Assembly (NCBI GenBank): GCA_964199315.1
Contig: OZ116709.1
Location: 5,766,001 to 5,830,000, forward strand
Reading direction: 5' to 3'
Length of the DNA stretch: 64,000 nt
Source of the DNA: Orbicella franksi
Lineage: Eukaryota
Shown one piece after another: positions 38,601 to 50,600 of this stretch. Position 1 is the first letter of the stretch, and each line of letters begins with the position of its first letter. A program made the translations under genes and the position numbers. A model generated the notes under the pieces. It did not search any database and was not told where the DNA came from. It saw nothing but the letters and a program-made list of their open reading frames with translations.

Positions 38601-41600
38601 GACGTGTACAAGTTTGGACAACGTATGTCTTACGTTGAATTGTGTTTATAATCGCAGTAAAGGTCACAAACAATTCAAGCAGCCCAAAATGATGCGTAAA
38701 CAGCGTGCTTTGCTCCAAAGTGTGGCTGTTTGTGCGTGAGGGTTGCGCTTGACTTTTTGAGATTGATGCTTCCCGTTTTGCATTCCTCTCATCGTGCCCC
38801 TCGCTCGCTTTTTGCGAAAAAAAAGACAAAAAAAGAAACAAAAACAAAAACAAAAAAACAAATGTAATGGCACCTTGCGATAAGGCTGGTTGAAACAAGA
38901 AACAAATATGCACATTTCTCGCTTGATAATAACACGTAAATACAGGCAATGTGTAGATTTTCCTTTTTTTTTTTTACTGACAAAATGCCAAGGGGATAAA
39001 ATTTATCCTACCATTCTAAACAGTATTCGAATAAAATGTGTGCCTATTACTATTAATGTGAACGTGGAATGAACGAGGAATGAACGAGGAATGAATAAAT
39101 GCATAATAATGAATATTAACGTGAATCCCAGTCGAGGTGACTGTAGCATAACAAAAGTCTAAGCTATCGCATTGGAATGACTTTGTGTAAATGTTAACAC
39201 GTGTGTGTACACACAAAGTTAATTACTTCAGCCGAAGAAGTATAACGTCTTGTTGTTTAGCAATCAAAATAGAAAGCTTAGTCAACTGTCGCAGACAAGT
39301 CGCCATCTTTGCTGGAACAGTGAGCATAATTGTTGGAAATTACATTTAACCTCTCAAGTGAGAGGAGCACCTTTATTTTGCACTACTGATGAAATTATCT
39401 CTTAACACTCAACTTTGCCATGATTCTAACATTCCAAAAGTTACAACTTTAACTTCCATAAAATACGTTTTCATTACAGCTCGTGGTTGGACCAATGTTT
39501 ACATCCGAAGTATCGGCTGCTTCAAAGACAAGCCTAGACGTGCTGCCGGTAGCATGGTCGCCAACTTAAGGGGATTGAAGTTTGCCGTCCGAGATTGCGC
39601 GCGACAGGCCCGAAAACGAGGCTACAGGCTATTTGCGGTGCAAAATGGTGGCGAGTGCTTTATGGGTCCCAGAGCTAAAATTACGTACAAGAAATATGGT
39701 CCTTCCAAGCGGTGCCGAGGAGGCAAAGGCGGTCCCTGGGCGAATAATGTCTATATTATAGTTGTGAAAGGTAGGTTTTTAGATTTTGTGGGAATTATTT
39801 TAAGTAAGCTGTTTGGTTCCACCTATTTTTCAATTCAGTACCTTGGCTCCTCAAGAATACTAAGAAAAAAGGGGATGAATTCCAACTCCCCCAGATAAGA
39901 ACTGAGAGATGCAAAAGCTTGTTTATGAACAGGTTTGCTTTTAAACCTCTGTAGATTTTAAATTGTACACATCTTATTTTCATTCAGGATTTGATTGTGA
40001 AGACTCACGTCTGCTGCTCATGTCTGACGTTTCTCAATAGCAAATAAAGATTTCATTCATTTATTCATTCATTCATCCATTTATGCATTCATTCATTCAT
40101 GGTTCTTATCAATGAACGTGTGTCATATAGTTAACTAATTCATTCATGTATTTTCTGTTGTCATACTTCCTCCAAAAGCTTGACCCTCTACTCCACTCTA
40201 CCAACACACATACAACCCACCAGTCCCCGCTGTGCTCCGACGAAGGGCTAACGGTCAAAACATCAACCTCGTTGACCGACAAGAGCGATTAATTTACCTT
40301 AATCGACCTAAAGTTGATACTCGTCACTCGTCACTCATCATACTCGTATTGCACCACGTCATGTTTCCTTTTGTAAAATAAAGTTATTAGACGTTTTTTG
40401 CCTGACTGGTCGGTGAACGCGCAAGTTTGCTAGCCTGAAAGAAGCATACTCCGCGAACCTTTGTTCAGTTCTTGTTGGATTATTCCTGCAGTCCATGCAC
40501 ATTTTTTCATTGCTATTGCTCTATCTTTTAATGCTTATGAAAGTTTCAAACTCTCTGTTTAGGTCGAGTGAGACCCAAGCCAAAGCCTGTGAGGCCAGTT
40601 AGACCAGTTAGGCCTAGAGGTTAGTGACCTTTTTTATATAACTATTTCTGATGTTTTTATTAACTTTGTTTGAGGTCTTTCTTCTTGATTCGTTTTAAGA
40701 CTTTACCCAAATTCTGAGGCCAATTAAATGATTCCCATTTACTTCAGTTCATAAATTTCTCTTTTACGATAAATTGATTATATAATTCTTTCCGTCTAGT
40801 GAAAACTCGAGCTGTGGCTATTTTCCCGCTTAATGGAGGCACAAAGGGAAAAGATATAAGTTCCAACAGAAACGTACGCGGAGTACTCAGTTACGTCCGC
40901 CCCGCGCCTGGACCAGACGGAACACGTGACGACTCGTACCAGTTCTACGGAAGAAGCAACAGCTACATTCTCTTCCCCAACCGAGGTGGCCTAGATACCA
41001 AACGTTCTATCACTCTCCTAGCGTGGATCTTCCACCAAGGACGTGCAGGACCCATCTTCAACTACATGCCAAACGGCTGGGGCGTGCACTTTTGGATGAT
41101 AACACCGACAACGCTGTTTGTGCGGTTTACGCGTCGAAGAGGACGGCGTTTCACAACCGCGGTCGTAAGCAGGAGTATCACACCTGGACGATGGCAGTTT
41201 GTTGGTGCAAGTTACAACGGACGAACAGGCCAAGCGAAGCTCTTTGTCAATAGAAGATTCACAGCGAGGAAATACATCGGGAGAATACGGTTGGCGACTA
41301 ACTACCCGGTGAGAATGGGAGCTCGTATCGGTGACGGGAGATATTTCCGAGGACGAATCTCGTGTATGCAGGTGTACAATGGTGCTCTTTCCCTGCGACA
41401 AATCATCTCCAAGAAACGAAGATGTTTTAGAAGAGGTAAGCTGAGATTATATAGTTACATGTCCCGCTTTTAGTAGGAGAGGACAATTGAGTTTGCCGTC
41501 ATGATTTTTCGTGGTCTTTGCATTGACAAACAGAGAGGAGAGGTATAGAAAGAAAATCATTAGGTTGGGCAATGTCTGGTTGATCTACCATCAAAATAAT

Positions 41601-44600
41601 CTCAGAATCGTAATTGCAGTAAATCTTGGAAATCCAAATTAAAAGTATACCTTCCGTTTTGATGTGCGACAGAACGTTAAATAGGAGCTATGTTATGCCT
41701 TTAGGGAGTTTTCTCAATTACAAGTTGCTTGCTTGAAATAACATAGAACTATCAATTAATAATAAGAAAGCCAAGTCCTAGTGTAACACTACTCAAAGTA
41801 GATAATTCGCTTTGTAATAACTTCGCCAATCCTTTCTAAACATTCTATTTTTTTAAAAGCACTCTTGTATTTTTTAAACATTTTATTCCATTAGTTCCAG
41901 TTAGACCAAGACCAAGACCCAGGCCTGCTGGCCGAGGTATGTTCTTACAATAAGTATACAAGTTTGAATCTTTGCCCTGTTACTATTTCAAAAGTCTCTC
42001 TTGCTTGATATAGCGTTATATTTCAGGCGTGCACTAATTATTGTTTCCATTACGTAGTTGCTAGCATATACTATTGAAAAATTGATTTGACGAGAAAAGT
42101 TCAGACAAGTTTCCCATCTTTGGTAATAACTTTCCTTTTATTTTTGTTTTAGTTTGCACGAAGCGTCTTGACCTTGTGTTCCTGATTGACGGATCAGGAA
42201 GTATCGAAGCAGCCGGTCGCGGTAACTTCCGACGTTGTATTGAATTTGTCAAGACCATGGTGTCTTCATTCAGTGTGTCACCACAGCGCACGCGTGTGGG
42301 TGTGGTATTGTTCTCTTCCCGCACCTGGTTGATACTGGACTTTCACCAAAGCAGAAGCAAGGCTACCGTGCTCCGGCGCATTGATAGCATGAGATACCCA
42401 CGCGGAGGTACCAAGATTGGAAGAGCCTTGAACTTCGTGCTACATCGATTGTTTAGACGAAGCAGGAGGGCGCTCAAGGTAATGGGAAAAACGGATAACT
42501 ATGATCATTGTGTAATTTCTTCTTACAGTATCTTAAAATGCGCTGTCAAGTGGCACAATCTTTAACGGAAATGAAATTAATCCGCGACTTTTCGTAATTT
42601 CTTTTGACCAATTTTTGTAGCACCTTATCTCAGAAGTCCTCTTTTTGTCAAAGAACTTGCACTTGTCCCTTATTTTCGCGCTTACTTTGTTGTCAAACAT
42701 GTTATAATAATCATATCTGACAGCTGATTGGCTGATTTCGAAGAAAAGTTTAATTAATATGGCTCTAACTTAGTATTGTTTCATTTCTACAAATGGTAAG
42801 TACCTCTCATAACAAGTTAATCAGCAGCAGGAAATTGAGCGTATACGAGCCGTAACGTATTATAAAACACGATCGTTCGTTTTATTTTATTACGAACCGT
42901 GAATCTTTTGCGCACACTTTTATTGGACCAATCTGTATTTTCTCCTTTTTTCAGGCGCTATTAGTCATGACGGATGGCATCTCGCAAGACCGTGTGCGGA
43001 GACCTGCACTAGCTTTGAGAGGCCACGGAGTGTGGGTATTTGCTTTGGGGATCGGTCGGCGATATCGAAGACGCCAGCTTCAGCAAATAGCTACAAATGG
43101 ACGATTCGTGTTCACTACAAACTTTAGAAGTCTGAATAGGGTCGCTCGACGCATCTCAAGCAAAATATGTCGATGTAAGTACATTGCCCAGTGCGCTGCT
43201 AAAGGCTAAAGTCGCGGGGCTGGCCTCGAAAAAACGCTAGCCGTGGACTTGTGTTCCAGTAATATAATAATAAGAATACTTTACTTATATAGCGCTATTT
43301 TTATCATTATCCAATAGCGCTTTACTATGATTTTAAAAATGTTTCACCAATAAAATTAATTGAAGAAAAAAACCTAGGAATATCTAAAACATGAGCAAAA
43401 TAAACTAACCAATAAAATAACAAAGCTGTAAAAATCAGAATAAAAACTAATAATAACGAAACCTTATAATAAAAACTTACTAACTGACTAACAGTAAACC
43501 CCTTAGCGCCGAATAGATGACTCCAGCTGTAGTGCAGAATGGTCTTTTATTTTACCTTTACTGTTATCTCGTTAACTTTTCACAAAGTTCTCCTTCAACT
43601 CTTAAATTCCAGCGGGTCGCCTACGGTAATTGTGCATTTTGCTATATTTTATTCGGCTAATTTTCATTTTATTTTCTTGATTACGTTCTTTTTAACTGTT
43701 TTTTAACGTTTTCTTGTTGCCTTTCTGTTTAGTGAGACCCAAAAGAAGACCTGTGCGACCAGTTAGACCATACAGGCCTAGAGGTAAGTGACGTGTTTGT
43801 TTCATTTTCATTTTCATTTACCTTGTTTGTGGCGGTAGGGGTTCTGGTAAAAATTGCTTTGACAACGTGTTGATTCCTTTTCATGAAGCCCATAAACCTT
43901 ATATCCTTGCTAAATAAACGAAAGCTACAAATTTTCTCCATCTCGGCCTAGGCAATATCTCTGTTTCTTTATTAACCTTGGATGTCGTAACAAAAGCACA
44001 GCGCAAATTTTACGTGTTATGTTGCTAACTAGAATATGAAATTAATAGGATCAACGTATTGTTTTAATTGATTTTGTTCTTTTTCGCTAGTTAAAACTCG
44101 AGCTGTAGCCATTTTCCCGCTGAATGGACGCACGGCGGGCAGAGATATAAGTTCCAGTAGAAACGCGCGCGGAATACTTAGTTACGTCCGTGCCGCGCCT
44201 GGGCCAGATGGATCACGTGACGGCTCTTACCAGTTCTACGGAAGAAGCAACAGCTACATCCTTATCCCAAACCGAGGAAACTTAGACACCAAACGTTCTA
44301 TCACTCTGTTAGCGTGGATCTTCCACCAGGGACGTGCAGGACCCATCTTCAACTACATGCCAAACGGCTGGGGCGTGCACTTTTGGATGATTACACCGAG
44401 AACGCTGTTTGTACGGTTTACGCGTCGAAGAGGACGGCGTTTCACGGCTGCGGTTGTAAGCAGGAGCGTCACACCTGGACGATGGCAGTTTGTTGGTGCA
44501 AGTTACAACGGACGAACAGGCCAAGCGAAACTGTTTGTCAATAGAAGGTTTACTGCCAGGAAATATATCGGGAGAATACGGTTGGCGACTAACTACCCGG

Positions 44601-47600
44601 TGAGAATGGGTGCTCGTATCGGTGACGGGAGATATTACCGAGGACGAATCTCGTGTATGCAGGTTTACAATGGTGCCCTTTCCCTGCGACAAATTATCTC
44701 GAAGAAACGGAGGTGTTTTAGAAGAGGTGAGTATGTTGGCGCTTTTAAAAATATTTCTAAGTCTTAAGCTCCTAACTTGGAATCTAGAAGCGCAAAGCAA
44801 GTATTAATAGATTGGGCTAGTACGCACTCTCATAATTTCGCCCGTTTTCGTCAAGCAAGGGTAAAGTGAAACTATTGCATTTAAATTGTCGTTATATGAA
44901 AGGAACATTAAGCTTTGTGAATTGTTTCTTATGAGAAACTTCAGGAATATTTACACTTTTTTATCCCATTAACAGTTCCAGTAAGACCAAGACCAGGACC
45001 CAGTCCTACTGGCCGAGGTATGTGGAAAATACAATTGCGCAAGTTAAGCAATAAAAATATTTCAGATGTTAGTATTAACTTAAATATCTTCCAGGTAAAC
45101 CCTAATTATTGTCATTTTTATTTTATTTTAGTGTGCAATAGACGTCTGGATCTCGTGTTCTTAGTTGACGGATCCGGGAGTATCGAAGCAGCCGGTCGCG
45201 GTAACTTCAAACGTTGTATAGAATTTGTCAAGACCATGGTGTCTTCATTCAGTGTGTCACCACAGCGCACGCGTGTGGGTGTGGCATTGTTCTCTTCCCG
45301 CACCTGGTTGATACTGGACTTTCACCAAAGCAGAAGCAAGGCTACCGTGCTCCGTCGCATTGGTAGCATGAGATACCCACGCGGAGGTACCAAGATTGGA
45401 AGAGCCTTAAACTTCGTCCTACATCGATTGTTTAGACGAAGCAGGAGAGCGCTCAAGGTAATGAGAAAAACGGATAGCTCTTAAGATTATGTAATCTTTC
45501 CTTACAATATCCTGAAATGCGCTGTCAAGTGGAACAGTCTTTATGAGGAGCTTACTATTGGACCACAATAATGCGGAAATTTAATTAATCCGCAACTTTT
45601 CGTAATTTCTTTTGCACAAGTTTTGAAGCACCTTATCTCAGAAGTTCTCATTTTCTTTTCTTAAAATTACACCTTTTTTTTTCTTCCGCGCTTACTTTGT
45701 TGTCAAGGTAGATGTTATACGGATCATCTCTGACAGCTGATTGGCTGATTTCGAAGAAACGTTTAGTTAATATTATTCTAACTTGGTGTTGTTTTATTTC
45801 TGCAACTGGTAAGCACCTCGTATAAGAAGTTAATCAGCGAATGGAAATTGAGCGTATACAAGCCGTAACGTATTATTAAACACGTTCGTTCGTTTTATGG
45901 TTTTACGATCCGTGAATCGTTTGCGCGCAGTTTCAGACGAGCAATCTGTATTTTCCCTTCTTTTCAGGCCCTAGTAGTCATGACGGATGGCATCTCGCAA
46001 GATCGTGTGCGGAGACCTGCACTGGCTTTGCGAAACCAGGGAGTGCGGGTATTTGCTTTGGGGATTGGTCGGCGATATCGAAGACACCAACTTCTGCAAA
46101 TAGCTACAAATGGACGATTCGTGTTCACTGCCAACTTTAGAAGTCTGAATAGAGTCGCTCGACGAATCTCAAGGAAAATATGCCGATGTAAGTCCTTTGC
46201 CCAAAATACGCTGCTAAGCGGGCTTAATTCGTCTAGCCTCGAGGAAGCGCTAGCCGTGGAGTTTTGTTGCAGTAGGCCGCTTAGTGCTAGATGGATGACT
46301 GCTTCTGTAGTGTAGAATGTTTGTTTTTTGTTTTGTTTTTCTCTTTGCCTTACTGTTATCTCGTCATTTTTTATGAAGTTCTCCTTCAACTCTTTATTTC
46401 CAACGGGTCACCTATAGAAAATGTGCATTTTGTTATATTTTCTTTAGCTGAATTTCATTTTATTTTCTCGATTGTGTTCTTTTTAACTGTTTTCTAACGT
46501 TTTGCTGTCGCTTCTCTCTTTAGTGAGACCGAATCGAAGACCTGTGCGACCAGTTAAACCGTACAGGCCGAGCGGTAAGTGACGTTTTTATGTTTCATTA
46601 TCATTTTCATTGAGCTGTTTGGGCCGGAAGGGGTGCTAGTAGAAATTACTTTGGTAATGTGGTGATTCCTTTTGTTGAAGCCCGTAAACCTGATATCCTT
46701 ACTTAATAAACGAAAGCTATAGATTTTCTCTATCTCGGTTGAGACAATACCCTGTTTCTCTACTAACTTTGGATGTCTTAACAGAAGCCGGCACAGCAGA
46801 AATTTTCTGTGTAATTTTGTAACTTATTGTCTAATTGATTTTGTTCTTTTTCGCTAGGTAAAACTCGAGCTGTAGCCATTTTCCCGCTGAATGGACGCAC
46901 GGCGGGCAGAGATATAAGTTCCAGTAGAAACGCGCGCGGAATACTTAGTTACGTCCGTGCCGCGCCTGGGCCAGATGGATCACGTGACGGCTCTTACCAG
47001 TTCTACGGAAGAAGCAACAGCTACATCCTCATCCCCAACCGAGGAAACCTAGACACCAAACGTTCTATCACTCTGTTAGCGTGGATCTTCCACCAAGGAC
47101 GTGCAGGACCCATCTTCAACTACATGCCAAACGGCTGGGGCGTGCACTTTTGGATGATTACACCGAGAACGCTGTTTGTACGGTTTACGCGTCGAAGAGG
47201 ACGGCGTTTCACGGCTGCGGTCGTAAGCAGGAGTATCACACCTGGTCGATGGCAGTTTGTTGGTGCAAGTTACAACGGACGAACAGGCCAAGCGAAGCTC
47301 TTTGTCAATAGAAGGTTTACAGCGAGGAAATACATCGGGAGAATACGGTTGGCGACTAACTACCCGGTGAGAATGGGTGCTCGTATTGGTGACAGGAGAT
47401 ATTTCCGAGGACGAATCTCGTGTATGCAGGTGTACAATGGTGCTCTTTCCCTGCGACAAATCATTTCCAAGAAACGAAGATGCTTTAGGAGAGGTAAGCA
47501 TGTTGGCGCTTTTAAAGATATTTCTCTGTCTTAAGCTCCTAACTTGGAATCTAGAAGCGCAAAGCAAGTATTAATAGATTGGGCTGAAACTATGGCATTT

Positions 47601-50600
47601 GAATTGTCGTTATGTGAATTGAACATTAAGCTTTGTGAATTGTTTCTAATGAGAAACTTCAGAAATCTTTATTCTTTCTATCCCGTTAACAGTTCCAGTT
47701 AGACCAAGACCGGGACCCAGGCCCACTGGCCGAGGTATGTGGACAATACAATTGCGCAAGTTGAGCAATAAAAACAATATTTCAAATTTTAGTATTTATT
47801 TTAGTATCTTGCAGGTACACACTAATCATTTTCATTTCTTAATTTATCTATACTAATGTTTTTATTTTTGTTTCAGTGTGCAATAGACGTCTCGACCTCG
47901 CGTTCTTAGTTGACGGATCCGGGAGTATCGAAACAGCCGGTCGTGGTAACTTCAAGCGTTGTATTGAATTTGTCAAGACCATGGTGTCTTCATTCAGTGT
48001 CTCACCACAGCGCACGCGTGTGGGCGTGGTATTGTTCGCTTCCCGCGCGTGGCTGATTCTAGACTTTTACCGAAGCAGGAACAAAGCAGGCGTGCTCAAT
48101 ACCATTGCTAGGATGAGATACCCACGCGGAGGTACCAGGATTGGAAAAGCTTTAAAACTTGTCCTACATCGATTGTTTAGAAGAAATAGGAGAGTACTGA
48201 AGGTAATGGAAACAAGAGCCGGTCACTTTGAATTCTTCTCGCCCCTCTAATAAACAAAAAAGTAACTCAATCTAGGCCTCAAACGTATTCAATAACAGAT
48301 TTATCTATTTTCTTTGAAGGCTCTAGTAGTCATGACGGATGGCATCTCGCAAGACCGTGTGCGGAGGCCTGCACTAGCTTTGAGAAGCCGCGGAGTGTGG
48401 GTGTATGCTTTGGGGATCGGTCGGCGATATCGAAGACGCCAACTGGAGCAAATAGCTACAAATGGACGATACGTATTCACTGCCAACTTTAGAAGTCTGA
48501 ATAGAGTCGCTCGACGCATCTCGAGCAAAATATGCCGAAGTGAGTAAAGGGTTTTATATTTTAAGAGCGCAGACATTCGCATACGCCTTCTGACTAGAGA
48601 TGCGTAATAGAAACTACTGCTTGTAGGATATTTTGAGAGGCACGTAGAAAATAACAGTAATGATTAGAACAATAACGGATTACAAACAACTTTGCTTCAT
48701 TTCAAATAACGAAAGAGAACTACCCGCCTGAATTATGAACTGAACTGCAGAGATGGGTTATTGTTGGTCCGAAACAGTTTATTTCCCTTTTTAAAATAAT
48801 GTCAAAGGTTTCATGCTAACTGGAGACACTGAACCGCAACCACATCAGCAAATAAACTAACAGTCGCAATTGTTTGCTTCAGGTCACCCGCTCCGTCCCA
48901 GGCCATTCCGTCCAGGACCTCACATAAGACCAAGTGGCAAAGGTTTGTCCTCGGCGTTATGATGAAGACGCTTGAAAAATGTCTTTATTATTTTATTTTT
49001 TAGCTATTTTACTTCTTTGTTTATTTGTTTGTTTCATTTCCTCTCATTGCTAACTGAAAAAGTTCTTCAACTTTCTTTTGCTGTAATTGACTTTTTAAAG
49101 ATCGGTTATTTGGTACTGTGGAGGGCATTATCCTCTAAAGAAGCGCCTTACGCTAGATTGTTCTAGTTCCTTGCTATAGCAATGCAAGACCTTTATGTTG
49201 ATTATTCTTTATTTGCTGTTGCCATAGTGTGCCGCAAACGTCTCGACTTGGCCTTGTTGATCGACGGCTCTGGCAGTATCAATGCTTACGGCCGAGGGAA
49301 CTTCGGGCGCTGTCTCGACTTCGTCAAACGATTGGTGGCTTCATTCAGTATCTCCCCCACACAGACTCGTGTTGGTATCGTTCTGTTTTCAACTCGCGCA
49401 TGGCTCATCGCTAACTTCAGGGGACACAGAAACAAGCAAAGCTTGTTACGTGCGATTAGTCGCATTAGATATCCCAGAGGTGGCACGAAAATTGGACGAG
49501 CGCTGAGATTTGCCAGATATCGGTTGTTTAGAAGAAGGACTAATCGGCGTAAGGTAAGTGCGTGGATGGAGGTTTCTTTTAAAGTGTCCCACTCAATCGA
49601 TTTGCAGCCTATTGGCAGTCATTATCTGGACGCCCAAACAGACGCCGCGCGAAGGTGCAATGTTTGGCTTTACTCACTATGTTTTTAAAGTTCCTGCTTG
49701 GAAATGCTCAAGCTTATGTAAAAGTGTGCTCGCAAATCTCTGACTCCTAGCACTTGCGTTGTCCGATGATGAAAGATAGAGTTGTAGGATTATGGCAATA
49801 GCAAACGGAAGCAATGAAAACTGGTTGATGGGGGCTGTTCAACCATCTCTCAATGAAACAATTGGAACAAGGATTCAAAAACTTGAGTGGTGTATTATCA
49901 GTCAACATCAAGTCCACTATTATTTCAATATTATGTACACAGATGTAGCGGTTGGATCGTTAGTTTTGAGATCAGTTTAACAACTTTTTTGAAAGTTTTT
50001 GCTTTCTTCACTTGTTAGTTTTGATCAGCTTTTTGTCACACCAGGTAGTGTAGTCAGTGCTTTCCTTGATGTTTAGGTTTAAACTTTTTGTTTACTTTCC
50101 TTCAGGTACTGCTTGTCATGACTGATGGTATTTCACAAGACTCGGTCCTGAAATCGTCACGTGCTCTCCGAAATGCGGGCGTGCGTATTTTGGCGCTCGG
50201 AATCGGCAGAAAATTCAGACGAGCTCAACTTAACCAGATCACGGCAAACCCAAGATACGTGTTCAACAGTGGCTTCCGAAACCTTCACCGTGTAGTGAGG
50301 TCAATCAAACGAACGGTGTGCAAAGGTAAGTAGCAGTACTTCAATAAATGGGTTTGAACAAACTACGCAACACTATACTAAGAGGTTCTCTATTATTCCT
50401 AGCAGTAAAAACGATGCATTAATGTGTGCAGCCATTTGAGTGTGAAGAAGGGTGCACGGGTTCCAGTTATCTTTACCGTGATCGTGCTGTTTGTTGGCAA
50501 CCAAGGCGCGTTGTTTAATTCCCTTCCTCGCCGGAGAAATTTGAAATGGGAGGTTTCACCCTGAAAACGCATCAAATGTTTTCCGTCCACACTACTCCGG

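Noticed and set aside
8489-47567. Recurrent minus-strand ORFs (8489..8998, 11113..11454, 14624..15115, 41018..41401, 44309..44800, 47076..47567, 37366..37908)
   Set aside because: Antisense shadows of the repeated LamG/VWA exons; they recur only because the sense exons are repeated.
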